Shown piece by piece: positions 49,410 through 62,404 of a stretch of 64,000 nt of DNA (positions are counted from its first letter, which is position 1; each line of letters starts with the position of its first letter). A program made the translations under genes and the position numbers. This DNA is from Gracilinanus agilis (lineage: Eukaryota). The notes under the pieces were generated by a model. It saw nothing but the letters and a program-made list of their open reading frames with translations. It had not been told where the DNA came from and did not search any database. The stretch lies in assembly GCF_016433145.1 (NCBI RefSeq), contig NC_058131.1, forward strand, positions 265,966,662 to 266,030,661. Direction: 5' to 3'.

Positions 49410-49850
49410 AGCCATGGACCTGGAGTCAATTTTGGACTTCAAACTGATGCAGAGTGAAATAAGCAGAACCAGGAGAACATTGTACCAAGTAACAGCAATA
49501 TTGTGGAATGATCAACTGTGAAAGATTTAGCTATACTCAGCAACAAATCTGAGGGACTTATGACAAAGGATGCTATCCACCCTCAGAGAAAGAACTGTTG
49601 GAGTCGGAATGCAGATGAAAGCATACAATTTTTCAATTGTTTGTTTGAGTTTTTAGTTTTATGTGATTCTTTACTTTAAAAAATTAACAATACGGATAAA
49701 TGTATAACCCAGATCAAATTGCTTGCCAGCTCTGGGAGTGGGGAGGGAATAGAGGGAGAGAGACAATTTAGGTCACATAACTTAGAAAGCTTATGTGAAA
49801 ATTTATTATTACTGTATGTGTAATTGGTAAAAAGAAAAAGAAAAAAGAAA
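49410..49850 (+). mobile_element. Older L1 3' fragment
   Basis: AACTGATGCAGAGTGAAATAAGCAGAACCAGGAGAACATTGTAC matches the 11.1-11.7 kb L1. Confidence 0.8.
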
Positions 49851-50090
49851 CAATTTTTGGCTTCAGATCTCTGTAAGCCTGGACAAGTCACTTAACCTCT
49901 GTCTGTCTCAGTTTCCTTAACTTTAGCAAGATGATCATAATAGCACCTTACAACAGGATTGTGTTGTAAGGATTGAATAAAATGATACTTATAAGGTATT
50001 TAGTATAGTGCCTGGCACATAGTCAGCTCTTAATAAATGTGAATTCCATTCCAAATATAAGAGTTCATGCCTAAAAGAACAGCTGCATTG

Positions 50091-50225
50091 CTGCTAGTAG
50101 AAAAGTCTATTACATTAGATTGTGCTATAATGGTATCCGTCTCTGTGTACAATGTTCTCCTGGTTCTGCTCCTTTCACTCTGCATCAATTCCTGGAGGTC
50201 ATTCCAGTTCACATGGAATCCCTCC
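50091..50225 (-). mobile_element. Short L1 3' fragment
   Basis: Reverse complement matches 11330-11460 (FHVNWNDLQELMQSERSRTRRTLYTETDT). Confidence 0.85.
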
Positions 50226-50869
50226 TGGAGATCTATTTTTAAGGGTTTCATAGGCACCACTACTCATATCCTCTGTTCCACTCTCCAAAAAACAGTATTT
50301 AAAGATTTCTTAATCCAGCATGTAACTTAGGCACTTCTGTCTTGACCACTTTTAATTACACATAAACATTTTTTTTCTATTGATGTTATTATCCCTGGAA
50401 CAAAAATATGTGAATAGCCATCCTTGGATAGGAACTATCCATTCAGCATGCATACCTCTCTTTCTGAAAGGCCAAGACAACCAAAGCTTTCCAACCTCCA
50501 AGAAAAGTGTTTAACCCATTGTTACTTATAGCCATTCAGTCAAATGGCTGAGACTCATGAATTAGGGATCTAGAGGAGATTTTGGAAATGTGATTCTGGT
50601 GAGTCTCGTTTCTTTAATTGCTAAATAATTATAATCTATAAAAACCTATTATAAGCAAGCCACTCTTCTAGTCATTGCTTGAGCTAAAGAAATGAGATGT
50701 GATCCTTTCCCTCAAGAAGATTACAATCTAGTAAACAGAGATGTGATATGTACACAAATAAACTTTAACAGAAGGCAAAATGTGATAAAGGCTATTGAAA
50801 TTATACAATAGGTATCCCATCCTTTCACAAAACTATGATTTCCTACACCTAAAATATTGCATATGGTTT

Positions 50870-51073
50870 TTTTTTCTTTGTTTTCGTTTTTTTTTTTTAA
50901 ACCCTTAACTTCTGTGTATTGACTTATAGGTGGAAGAGTGGTAAGGGTAGGCAATGGGGGTCAAGTGACTTGCCCAGGGTCACACAGCTGGGAAGTGTCT
51001 GAGGCCGGATTTGAACCTAGGACCTCCCGTCTCTAGGCCTAGCTCTCGATCCACTGAGCTACCCAGCTACCCC
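50870..51073 (-). mobile_element. Opossum SINE1-type CORE-SINE, young, in STMN3 intron 1
   Basis: Near-consensus reverse complement with a T-run tail. Confidence 0.92.
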
Positions 51074-51154
51074 CTGCATATGGTTTTTATTGCCACATTT
51101 CAAAGAAGAGAAAGGGGAACTAGAGAAGGGAAAGGTCCAGAGGGAAAAAGGAAG

Positions 51155-51425
51155 GGAATAAGCATTTATTTATTAAGTGCCCATTATATGCCAGGCACTG
51201 TGTTAAGAGTTTTACCAATATTCTCTCATTTGATCCTCAGAGCCATTCAGGGAGGTAGATGCTATTATGATTCTCACTTTACATTTAAGAAAACTGAGGC
51301 AAACAAAGTTTGAGCATCTTACCCAGGATCACAGAGCTAGTAAGTACCTAACTCAAATTGGATCCTAAGTCTTCCCAACTCCAGGCCTGGTCCTCTATCC
51401 ACTGTACCACCTCACTGCCTCACAA
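51155..51425 (-). mobile_element. MIR
   Basis: GCATTTATTTATTAAGTGCCCATTATATGCCAGGCACTGTG...GAAAACTGAGGC. Confidence 0.75.
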
Positions 51426-52499
51426 CTAGGTGGAGAGGAAAAAGTACAATAAAATAATAATGTTCAATAGGACAAAGAGAATAGACTCCTTCAGCCCATT
51501 AGTTGATAAGTCAAGTCAATTTAACTTCTGAAATATTCCTTCCATCCTTCTCTTTCCATAGCCAAGACTTTAGTATAGTAGGACTCAAGCTTTTGAGGGG
51601 AAGGACCATTCAATTTGTTTTTCTTTTATTCATAATACCTAGAAAAATGCCTTGAGCATGGAAGGTTCTCCAAAAATAATGAATCAAATTGAATATAGGA
51701 TTTCTCTTTAAAGGACTCCTTAAAAATATTTTTATTGAAATATTTTGTTTTTGTGTTGCCTAGGAAATATGTATTTTCTTTCTCCCATTCCTTGTAAGGA
51801 AAAAACATTTTTTTTGAGAAAATGAGGAAAAATTCCACAAAACAGATCAATACATCCAAAAAAAATTCAGTGTTATATATATTATTTCATACCCATCAAC
51901 CCCAACCTCTGCAGAAGAACCAAGGGAGATGTCTTTTCATGTTTCTTTTTTGCATAATGAGCAAAAAGTGGAATGACTAAGAAAACAAAGGTTTGATCAT
52001 CTGAGCCTATTGATTTATTAAGCAATGCAGGCCAGTTGCCCAACAAATTGGAACTAAGCCCCTTATTCAGCTTAGGGGAAGACAGATGTATCTACATGAA
52101 AAACAATCAAATAAGACCAATTAATTAAAAGAAAACAGTTAACCAGGATACCAAATTAGGTCATCTGATTTCTAACTGGAGGAAAGCTCTGAATGGGTTT
52201 CTGGTCAGCATAACCTGCATCCTTGGTTAAAGTCTCTAAAGGGTAGGTACACAGGGTCCATTTTCCCAGCCATGCAGCACTAGGTGCAAACAATGGAATA
52301 AGGTTTTCTTCCAAATCCCATAACTGAATAAAGTTTTCTCATAGGACAGCATTTGAACTAGTGCCATAATTTAATAGTAAGGAAACTTAACTAGCCCCAG
52401 AAGTAAGTCACAAGATAGTCAGTGCAGTTCATTCATTTCTCACAATTAACCCTGTCTGTCTTAATTCCCTCAATTCCTTCAATTCTCTTACATGGGCCA

Positions 52500-53540
52500 A
52501 ATTTGTTCTTTAAAATTTCACAATATTTATTTTTTGTTGTTTTATGATTGTTCTTTCATATGCATTTGTAATAGGCTTTCTAATCAGTTTCCTAACCTCT
52601 GGTCAGTTCACCTTAACTGCCAATCAATTTTATACTCTGTTCCTGTGTTGTTAAGGCACAGCTCTGATCATAGCTCTTTCTTGATATCCTGCTGAAACCT
52701 CAAACTCAACATTCAAAACTAAACTAATTATCTTCCTTTCAGACCTAGATCTCTGATTCTTGGTAGCATAGTTATTTTTCCTATCACACAAGTTGGAAAC
52801 TCAAGCTCATCTTTGCCTTTTTCCTTTCCCTCAGCCCCTGTATGTAATCATTTGCTTAATCCTTTATGTTCTACTCATATAATATCTCTCACATCTGCCT
52901 CCTTCTCCCACAATGCTATTATCTTAGTTTTGGTCTCATCGTCTCTCAACTGGAGTGTTGTAATAGCCCCCTTAACTGGGCTCCATCTCCTAGTCTCTCC
53001 TCCTTTATCCATACTTCAAATATCTGGCATATTAATTGTCTTAGGTCATGGGTCCGACCATGCCTCTCCCCTGCTCAAACACTTTCAATCTCTCTGTCTC
53101 TGTCTCTCTATCATGCGCTCTCGCTCTCGCTCTCTCTCTCTCTTCCTCTCTCTCTCTCTCTCTCATACCTATTAAATGAAATATGTTTTTCTCATCAACA
53201 TTTAAAACTCTCGTTTTAGAATCATTCCAATATAATCTTTTTTTCATACTTCCCCTACTTTGAAACAACTAAGTTTTAGCTAAACTAAATCACTAATTGT
53301 TTCCTGATCACATCCTAAACTCTCCCTCTATGGATTTATGTAGGTCATCATATATGCCTGAAATGTTATTCCTTGACATCTCATCTAAGAATCTAAGACT
53401 TAGTTCAGGTCTTTCCTGATTCCCCCACCCCAAATAAAAGTCTCCCTTTCTTCAAATTTCCACATAACATTTTGACAGAATTTCTTCTTTGTCCTTATCA
53501 CACCCTATTTTATATCTCCCATATTCCTTGTTTCACTAGA
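52500..53540 (+). mobile_element. Old L2 LINE remnant with an internal (TC)n microsatellite at about 53090-53163
   Basis: Pyrimidine-rich L2-like body (CCTGCTGAAACCTCAAACTCAACAT...CCCCTGCTCAAACACTTTCAAT). Confidence 0.55.
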
Positions 53541-53564
53541 CTAGAAGCAGGCTAATAATTAGGT

Positions 53565-53810
53565 GGGTCAGCTAGGTGGTACAGAAGATAGAATGCCTGG
53601 CATGGAGCCAAGAAGACAGGTTTCTGAGTTCAAATACTACCACAGACACTTACTAGCTGTTCGACCCACTTAACTCTGTTTGCTTCAGTTTCCTCATCTG
53701 TAAAATGAGTTGGAGAAGGAAATGATAAACTACCCCAATATCTTTGCCAACACAACCCCAAATGGGGTCACAAAGAATTGGACACAACTGAAATGAATGA
53801 GTGACAACAA
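53565..53810 (+). mobile_element. Mar1-type CORE-SINE
   Basis: CORE domain plus GGAGAAGGAAATG...CTTTGCCAA...GGGGTCACAAAGAATTGGACACAACTGAA tail. Confidence 0.85.
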
Positions 53811-54269
53811 AGCATCCTAATGTAGGTGCCATTTCATTTTTGTATCCCCAGAACCCTACAGAGTACTACTCTGATGCTTCACTGTGGCATGGAGGTGACT
53901 CTGGCTTCTCGAAGCCTATGCCAGAATCAACAAAAAATTATTAAGTACTTACCATATGCCAGACATCCCAGATGCTGTGTATACAAAGACAAAAAATAAA
54001 GTAGTTCCCCCCATCAAGGATTTTTCATTCTACCTAGAGAGACATCTATTATGTTACCAGCAACAGATTTTGTCTGCTTTCTGAAGAGTAGCCTAGTTAT
54101 ATAAATTTCCACTAATTGTCTTCTATGCCTGGTATGCTTTCCTCTCTATCTCTTCCTCTTGGCTTCCTTCAAGTCTCAGCTACAATTCCACCTTCTTTTA
54201 GAAGCCTTTCCTAGTCCCTCTAGTGTCCTTCCTTCAATTATTCCAATATATCTTCAACTATCTATGTTT

Positions 54270-54422
54270 ATATATTATGTATAATATATAATACATATAA
54301 TATATTACACAATTATGTTATATTATATATACTATTAATAAAATTATTTTTATGTGTATGAATATATTTATACATAAATACATACATATTCTATATATGC
54401 ACATATATGTATATATATCATA
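54270..54422. repeat. TA-rich low-complexity tract
   Basis: Read directly from the sequence. Confidence 0.85.
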
Positions 54423-54546
54423 TAGTGAGTTCCCTGGGGGAGCTCTTTCCCTGTTTCCCTAGCACTTAGCACAGTGCTTGGCACAGAGTAGATACTTAAT
54501 AATAAATGTTTACTGACTTAACTTGACATTATCACTATAAATGAGA

Positions 54547-54756
54547 TATTTTTATTTCTTTTAAACCCTTATCTTCTGTCTTAGAATCAATACTGTATAT
54601 TGGTCCCAAGGCAGAAGAGTGGTAAGGGCTAAACGATGGGGGTCAAGTGACTTGCCCAGGGTCACCCAGCTAGGAAGTGTCTGAAGCCAGATTTGAACCC
54701 AGGATCTTCAGTCTCTAGCCCTGGCTTTCAATCCACTGAGTCACCCAGCTGTCCCC
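54547..54756 (-). mobile_element. Opossum SINE1-type CORE-SINE
   Basis: 9-bp TSD TAAATGAGA at 54538-54546 / 54757-54765. Confidence 0.92.
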
Positions 54757-55046
54757 TAAATGAGACCATTTATAAAAGGAAGATAAAGCTACATAAAAGG
54801 ATGGTTTATAGATTCTGCTGGGAGAAGTAAATAAAGGAGCTGGTGGAATTAGTTTTTTCATGCATCCAAAAACAATAAGAAACATTTTGGGGGACTTAGT
54901 CATCTCCTATTTCAACACTCATGATAAGCATTGCAAAAAGGCCACCATTAGCCAATCTACAAACATTTATTAAGGAACTACATTATGTCAAGCACTCTGC
55001 TATATGCTGGGGATATGAAGCGTCCCTGCCCTCAGAAGTTTATAGT

Positions 55047-55253
55047 GGGGGCAGCTGGGTAGCTCAGTGGATTGAGAGCCAGGCCTAGAGAAGGGAGGTC
55101 CTAGGTTCAAATCTGACCTCAAACACTTCCTAGCTGTGTGACCCTGGGCAAGTCACTTGACCCCCATTGCCTACCCTTACCACTCTTCTGCCTTGGAGCC
55201 AGTACACAGTATTGACTTCAAGATGGAAGGTAAGGGTTTAAAAAAAAAAAAAA
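55047..55253 (+). mobile_element. Opossum SINE1-type CORE-SINE, young
   Basis: Perfect 13-bp TSD AGAAGTTTATAGT at 55034-55046 / 55254-55266. Confidence 0.95.
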
Positions 55254-55747
55254 AGAAGTTTATAGTATCTGAAGAAAGATAAGATGTTTATCTATGGACA
55301 CATACCTAGCCACAATGATGCCAGGAGCGCATGGTGAGTGCAAATGATGACTGGCCTGTGACCACAGTCCTTATAAGAACATGTAAAGTACTTAACTGAT
55401 GTAATTTCCAAGTGGACTTTAGAGCAAGCACAGCTATTCTGTCACTGTTTCTGAGTGGCTAACCACATGGTAAATAGGAGCCTCTTTGACTGACCCTGAA
55501 GAGTGACTGCTGAGACCTAGCCCAGCAATAGCTAAGGCAAAGGCTATTCCAGCAGAAATGCTGCATTTGGATGTGAACTTGGTGGGACCCATGCTATGCA
55601 GAAATTGCATTAAGTCTGAGCCCACTCTCCCAGAGACAAGAGATAGTAAAGGGGAAAGTACATCACTGAAGTACTTCCCAGAAATGGTTATGTTTCTATT
55701 CTTGCTACATTCTCTAAGTAAATATTCTTTTTGTAAAAGCTAATCAT

Positions 55748-55952
55748 GGGGGCAGCCGGGTAGCTCAGTGGATTGAGAGTCAGGCCTAGAGACAGGAGGT
55801 CCTAGGTTCAAATTCGGCCTCAGCCACTTCTCAGCTGTGTGACTGTGTGACCCTGGGCAAGTCACTTGACCCCCATTGCCCACCCTTGCCACTTTACCAC
55901 CTAGGAGCCAATACATAGATGTTAAGGGTTTAAAAATATATTAAAAAAAAAA
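55748..55952 (+). mobile_element. Opossum SINE1-type CORE-SINE
   Basis: TSD AAAAGCTAAT(C/G)AT at 55735-55747 / 55953-55965. Confidence 0.92.
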
Positions 55953-56479
55953 AAAAGCTAATGATGTTGACTGGTTAAGTGGAACTGGATCACTGGAGGT
56001 TAAAGTAAGGGAGGGACACATAAGAATGAGGGCTCAAGCCAATGGCATTAGAAAAAAACAGCCCAATTCTTCAGAGGCACCCCAAGAAATTGATGTAGTC
56101 AGCCTTGTTCTGAGTATGAGGTCAGAAAGTAGTCATACATGGTTTTCTCCTCACCATATTGCCTTTCCCTGGAATGGCCCCAGCCTGAAAGAAGTCAAAT
56201 CAAGAGAGGAAAGATAAGATCCACCATTACTTTGTACACTGACTCCCAGTTTCAGCTACTCAGTTGAGCAGATGAGAGAAGCTCCTCTTCGCCACATGGT
56301 CAGCAGACCAGCACCAATTACCAAATGTTTACATACGCTGCAAAATCTACAGAGGAACTGCTGAGGTAAGCACTCTGCAGCCACTAGTAAGGCCTGGGAT
56401 CACTGGCCACCACCACTGCCCTTGCCATGTACTCTTGGCTTTGTGCTAACTTAGGGTGAGGGTGGACCAAATCCCAATT

Positions 56480-57480
56480 ACACACTTACAAAATATATCC
56501 CAAAAATACAAGCTAATTTTTGGAAGGAGAAAACTAGGAGTTTTAGGGCTTAGGAGAGTTTTCCTAGAGAGATGAAATTTCAGCTAAGTTTTAAAAGGAA
56601 AAAAGCTTCTAAGAAACAAAAGTGAAGAGAAGATACATTCCAGGAATGAAAAGCAGCCAGTATAAAGGGAAGGTAGGCAGAATATCATGTGTGAGGAGCA
56701 CCAAGAAGGTAAGTTGGTTCGGTCAGAAAGAATGGAAAAATGAGTTGTTTTAATGAGACTCAGAAAGTAGATGGTAGCCAGATTATAAATGTCTTTAAAA
56801 GTCAAAGAAGTTTATATTTGATTCTAAAAGGCAATAGGGAGCCATTAGAGCTTATTGAGTAGACTAGTGATATGGTCAGATCAATACTTTAGGAAAATCA
56901 TTTAAGTAGCTATGTGGAAGAATGAGTAGAATAAGATGAGGCATACGGCTGGGAAGCCAATTAGAAGATTTTTGTTATCCAAGTAAGAGTCAGTAAAGCC
57001 CAGAACTAGGCTGTGAGTGAAGAAATACCGATAAGGGGGCAGCCAGGTGACTCAGTGGATTAAGAGCCAAGGCTAGAGATGGGAGGTCCTGAGTTCAAAT
57101 GTGACCTCAGACCCTTCTTAGCTGGGTGACCCTGGCCAAATCAGTTAACCCCCATTGCCTAGCCCTTACCACTCTTTTGCCTTGGAACCAATATATAGTA
57201 CTGATTCCAAGATGAAAGTTAAGGGTTTTTTTTAAGTATATAAAAAGGAGTTCACCTCAGCAAAGTGAAAGACTATCATAGACTGCAATAAAGGAGGATA
57301 GAATAAGAGATGATATCAAGGGGTTTTGAAATGTAAAAAAAGAAGAGAAAAGAAAGTGAAATCAGTATTCAGTAAAGTATGAGGCAAGATCCTTAGCAGA
57401 GAGGTTTGGGCAAGGGATAGTGAGGTAGGTTTGAAGAACAAAGAGAATGTTTGGAACAGCTTGTGTAGGGGGTAGGATAG
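56480..57480 (-). mobile_element. Old L2 LINE remnant
   Basis: Purine-rich L2-like tract (GGCAATAGGGAGCCATTAGAG...GATATGGTCAGATC). Confidence 0.5.
57036..57232 (+). mobile_element. Opossum SINE1-type CORE-SINE nested in an L2 remnant
   Basis: Head, core and tail present. Confidence 0.85.
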
Positions 57481-58229
57481 GAAACCAATTAGGAAGAAGT
57501 AAGTAATTGCGGCTTACATGCCAACATCAGTTGCAGGAGATGAGGGAAGAGATAAATTCTACAAAAAAATGCAGTAAGAGCCTCCAAATTAAGTCATTGT
57601 GTACCTTAATACTGTTGTGGATACAAAGATGATAGGAAGAGAAATAAGGTAAAAATAAGTTGGGAAATATGGTTCTGGAGTAAGAAACAGGGAAAGCCAA
57701 AGACTAGATTTTATAGAAATCTTACACCTATGTTTCAAGTGTAATCTTTTCAAGGAAAAAAAAAGGAAGACATTGGACATGGTAACATGGTAAATAACAT
57801 TGCAAAAAAAATTAAAATGATTAAATTCTGCCAGAAAACAATTGGTTGCCAATGCAGGAGCCTGAATAAACTGTCTGGCAGACAACCTACATGTCAGATG
57901 AAACCAAAATCAATACCAAATTAGAAGAATAAAAATTAGACTCTATGGCATGCAAATGAGGCAACTTGGACCCATTGAAACTAGATGTTAAAACTGACAA
58001 ATGAGAAATGGATAAAAAAACAAGACACTAAATTAGACTTACTTTTTCCTAAAGATATCTGGCAACTGAATCAATCACCGCAACAAAGACAGTGAAAGAT
58101 CATAAAAACTCATTCAGCCTTTCAAATGTTTGATTTCCTTGCCAAGTTGAGCAGCATGAGAGCCAAAAGCATCGATTTAAAATATAAACTCTTTTAGTGA
58201 AATATTATTAGTAATAATTTTTATAATAC

Positions 58230-58462
58230 TTATAATGGCCAGATTAAGCTGGCTCACAAGAGCTGATTATTAAATTTTCAATGTGAACATCTGCACTTCA
58301 GAAATCATCAAATGCTACAAATAAGGGCTTGGTTTATCATTTTGATTGTCTAGATTTAAGAAAATGAATGAGAAAATCTTGACAATGCAGATTAAATTTG
58401 AAAATGTATCCCACATAAATTTTTTGGAGAGCCAGTTGTTAAACATTTATTAGCACACCTCT
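58230..58462 (+). mobile_element. MER63-like hAT-Blackjack remnant
   Basis: GCTGGCTCACAAGAGCTGATTATTAAATTTTCA ... GAGAGCCAGTTGTTAAACATTTATTAGCACACC resembles MER63 as I recall it. Confidence 0.55.
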
Positions 58463-59499
58463 GGATTTCCTCATACACAACAAGAAGCAGGAGTGGGAAA
58501 ATAAGTTTTTTAGAAAACTTCTAAAGAGATTCAGTTAAGCTAGAACATCCCAGAGTCATTAAGCATGAAAGTAAAAAGATAATGAACAAAAAAAAAAATT
58601 GGATGATTTGTGAAGATTTCTGTAGCAAACTCTTTTTTCTACCAATGAAAGTGGAACAACCACATTTTCAGGCTTGCATCACAATCCCTGGCATGTTAGC
58701 TAAGAAAGCAGAAATGGTGTTAACAAAAACAAAGATAGGAAGAACAGCTGTATTAAACCACATAGACACAGATAAGGTCAGAAAGTCAGTGAACAAGTTT
58801 TTAAGGGCTCTTTGCTGCCTGTAGTGCTAGTGCTAGAGATACTAAAGGGAAAAAAGTGAAAATGCTACCCCTGTCCTTAAGGAACTCTTATTCTAATGGA
58901 AAAACATGTAAATAACCATATAAAAGCAAAACATATTCAGTGAATAAGGAAGATTCTAGCCATTGGGGTGGAGAGAAAACAAAGAATGGGAAAGGTCTTC
59001 TGCTGCCCCAAGTAAGATTTGAGTTGAATAGGTGAGGAAGCAGAGCATTCCAGGCAGAGGAGGTAGTACAAAGGAATGGAGCTGGGGGCTGGAGTATCAT
59101 GTGCAAAAAAATAGTAAATAGACGAATATCGCTAGGGTTGCACTCTGCACCACTATAGGAAGGATCCACAACAATTAAGGCCATAGAACCATGGAAGTAC
59201 CTAAATAAATATTCCCAGAATTGAACACAGCATTTCACACAGAGTAAGCATTTAATAAATGTTTGTTGAATTAAATCATATAATTCCCTTACTCAAAAAC
59301 CAGTAGGTACCCATTGTGGATATAGACAACCTCCATGGATGACATGTTCATAAATTTCCTTTTTAGATCCTGCCGATGAGACTAGCTGTATGACCATAGG
59401 AAAGTAACTGAACTTCTCTGATACAGTTTCTGATGCCTGTGGTAGCTACTTCATAGGGTTATTGTGATGCTTAAATAAGATAAATGAATATTAGTAACA

Positions 59500-60085
59500 G
59501 AAATATTAAATGATGATCAACTGTGAAGGACTAAACCATTATCAGCAAAGCAAATTCTTAAGATAACCACAAGAGACACACATGATGAAAACATTCTCCA
59601 CAGCCAAAGAAAGAATTTGGAATCTGGTTGCAAATCAAAGCATACCATTTTCCATTTAATGTCCTTCATGAGTTTTTTATTGTATATATGATATGTGTCT
59701 TCTGTCACGACATGAGCAATATAAAAATATGCATTTCATGAAAGCACTGGCATAAGACTATTTACTGCCTCATGGAGTGGGGAAGAGGAAGGGAGAAAAT
59801 CCAAATCCTAAAATGTCAGAAAACAATTGTCAAAAATTGTTTCTAGGGGGAAGCTATGTGGCTCAGTGGATTGAGAGCCAAGCCTAGAGACAGGAGGTCC
59901 TAGGTTCAAATCTGGCCTCAGATACTTCCTAGCTGTGTGACCCTGGGCAAGTCACTTAACCCCCATTGCCTAGCCTTCACCACTCTTCTGCCTTGGAACC
60001 AATACATAGTATTGACTCCAAGATGGAAGGTAAGGGGTTAAAAAATTATTTCTACATGTAACTGAAAAATAAATCATTAAAATGA
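59500..60085 (+). mobile_element. Old L1 3'UTR split by a SINE
   Basis: AATGATGATCAACTGTGAAGGACT ... TGTTTCTA[SINE]CATGTAACTGAAAAATAAA. Confidence 0.7.
59846..60040 (+). mobile_element. Opossum SINE1-type CORE-SINE inserted into an old L1 3' end
   Basis: 14-bp TSD AAAAATT(G/A)TTTCTA at 59832-59845 / 60041-60054. Confidence 0.92.
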
Positions 60086-60349
60086 TAAATGTATATAAAA
60101 TACTTTATAAACTTTTAAGTGCTATGCAAATATCATTTTTATAGGACTATAGGTATAGAAAATAATACTGAATCTGTACTGGATGTCAGTATAATAATGG
60201 ATTGTCACCATCAACTGATTCTGATTCTAGCTCCTCATTCTCTTCTATTTCTCTTATTCTTAGCATCCTTACAGCTATAAACAGAAGATGGAGTGCTCTC
60301 CCACTTTTTACTTTTTAGTCTTGACAGACCTACAATTTTATGGCATGCA

Positions 60350-61450
60350 ATTTCTGTCTGCCTTCAGGAAGCTTACATTCAAATAAGAGAGCAAGTATAT
60401 TAAAAATAAATACAAGACAATTCAGAGGGTAGGGTATGAACAGCTGTGGGGGCTGGGAAGGGAAAGAAAAGACTTCATCTATAATGATTGTACTTGAGCT
60501 GAGTTTTGAAGGAAAAAAGATATAACCAATGCAAAAGCATGGAGACTGGGGATCAAGTATATAGTATGAGGAACAGAAAGGTTGTCAATTTGACCACAGA
60601 GTTCATGAAAGGGAATAATGTATAATGAGGCTAGGAAGTTAGGTTAGGACCAAGTTGCAAAAGACTAAATACTAACCTAAGAAGTTTCTATCTAATCCTA
60701 AAAGTAATAGGGAGCCATTAGAATTTATCAAGTTAAAAAGTAACATGGTTAGATCTGTCATTTAGGAAAAGTGCTTAGGTAGCTATATAGAGAGAGGATG
60801 GATTATAAAGGGGGAAATATGGAAAGCAGGGAAAGCAATCAGGTAATTATTGCACTAGTGAAATGATAAGGAAATCAAGGTAGATAACTAGGTAGAAACC
60901 TACACAGAAGCTGAAGCTAAGGTGTCAAGGTTGGGGGACAAGCACAGAGGTCAGTTTGGCTCTAACATAAAATATGTAGAGAGTATGAAATAAATTGAGA
61001 AAGCTACACTGAAGACCCAGTTTAAAGGGCTTTAAATGCCAAACTGAGGAGTTTGCATCTTGTTTTAAAGGCTATTGGGAGATAATGAAGTTTCTTAAGC
61101 CATGAAATTAACATCGTCAAATCTATAGTTTAGGAAAATTATTTCTGCCCCCGAATGTAAGATGAAATAGAGAAGAAAAATATTGGAAACAGGAAGGTCC
61201 ATTAGAAGGCTTTTGCAATTATCCAAGTACAAGGTGAAGGGAGTCTAAACTAATATGGCCGCCATGTAAGTGGAGAGAAGAGAAAGAAGAAGAGAAATGC
61301 TCAAGTATAAAATTATAGAAATCTGAGATGATAGATCTTGTATCAACAAACTTGGCAACAAATTGGATATGGGAAGAAGATTGGGAAGAGGGAAAAGTCA
61401 ATGATTACAGAAGGAAGGGTCAAGGTTAAAATTTCCAGGGGAGAGAAGAG
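60350..61450 (-). mobile_element. Old L2 LINE remnants
   Basis: Repeated L2-like motifs (GCCTTCAGGAAGCTTACATTC, TAATAGGGAGCCATTAGAA). Confidence 0.5.
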
Positions 61451-61789
61451 TCCAGTCAGGAAAAACTTTTCCTATCTTGGCTCCAAGAGACGTAGTTCAG
61501 GACCCACTGAGGTGGCCAGCCTGGATAATATCACTGAGTAATGACTATTTGCCCTTTCCAACAATGGAATAAAACCCTGTGGTAGCTTGTCAACTCCTTT
61601 GACATGATAACAACAAAATCTTTCTTAAGCTTCAAAAGCTATGCCAGCAGAGCCAATTTGTGGCTATAATTGACTTGTAAGAAACAGAAGGCTGTGTACT
61701 CTGTGAAACAGATATTTTGCCATGCTTCGGTGTTTGCTGCCCATTAGTATCCTTGTAAAAATTCTTTTTATTTTAACTAATATAGGTGG

Positions 61790-61990
61790 GAGGTAGTCTG
61801 GTATAGTGGAAAGAGTTAGACAGTGTCAGAAGACCTGGCTTTGAATTCTGACTTTGCCAGAATTAGCTATATTCTTAGTTATTAGCTATATGGCCTTAGT
61901 TAAGACACTTTATAATCTTTGGGGTCTCAGTTTCCTGATTTGTAAAATGAGAGGGTTGGACTACATGGTCTGTAGGATCCCTTCCAAAGA
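61790..61990 (+). mobile_element. MIR
   Basis: TCTCAGTTTCCTGATTTGTAAAATGAGAGGGTTGGACTA core. Confidence 0.7.
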
Positions 61991-62404
61991 ATAGTGATTT
62001 GCACATAGTATATGTTTAATAAATATTTCATTTATTCATTCCAACTCTAAAATTGTATGATTCTTCATTCAGTAGATAGAAGAAGCTATGTGGAGAAGTA
62101 GCATAGCAGAAAGAAAGCTAGCCTTTAAAAGTCAGGAAGATCTGAGTTCAAGTCCTCACTCTATTATATACTGGCTTTGTAATCCCTGACAAGTTACTTA
62201 ATCTTTCTGTTACTCAGACAATTTTATAGAACTCTAAATTGCATTGGTGGAGAGCGTTTCCCACCAAGAGATGCAGTGAGAAAGAGCAATAAGCAGGCAA
62301 TTGATCAGAAGGTATTTGTGAAGAAGGATAATATGGAATAAATCTTGAAAGATAGATTGGGGCCGGATTGTGAAGGGCTTCAAAAGTCAAATAGTTTGCC
62401 ATTT

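Noticed and set aside
55339-55403. C/D snoRNA-like layout: ATGATGA (55344-55350), CTGA (55396-55399) and a 4-bp terminal stem
   Set aside because: It lies antisense to the host gene STMN3, is short, has no clear C'/D' boxes, and I recognise no rRNA or snRNA complement. An Rfam or snoscan search would settle it.
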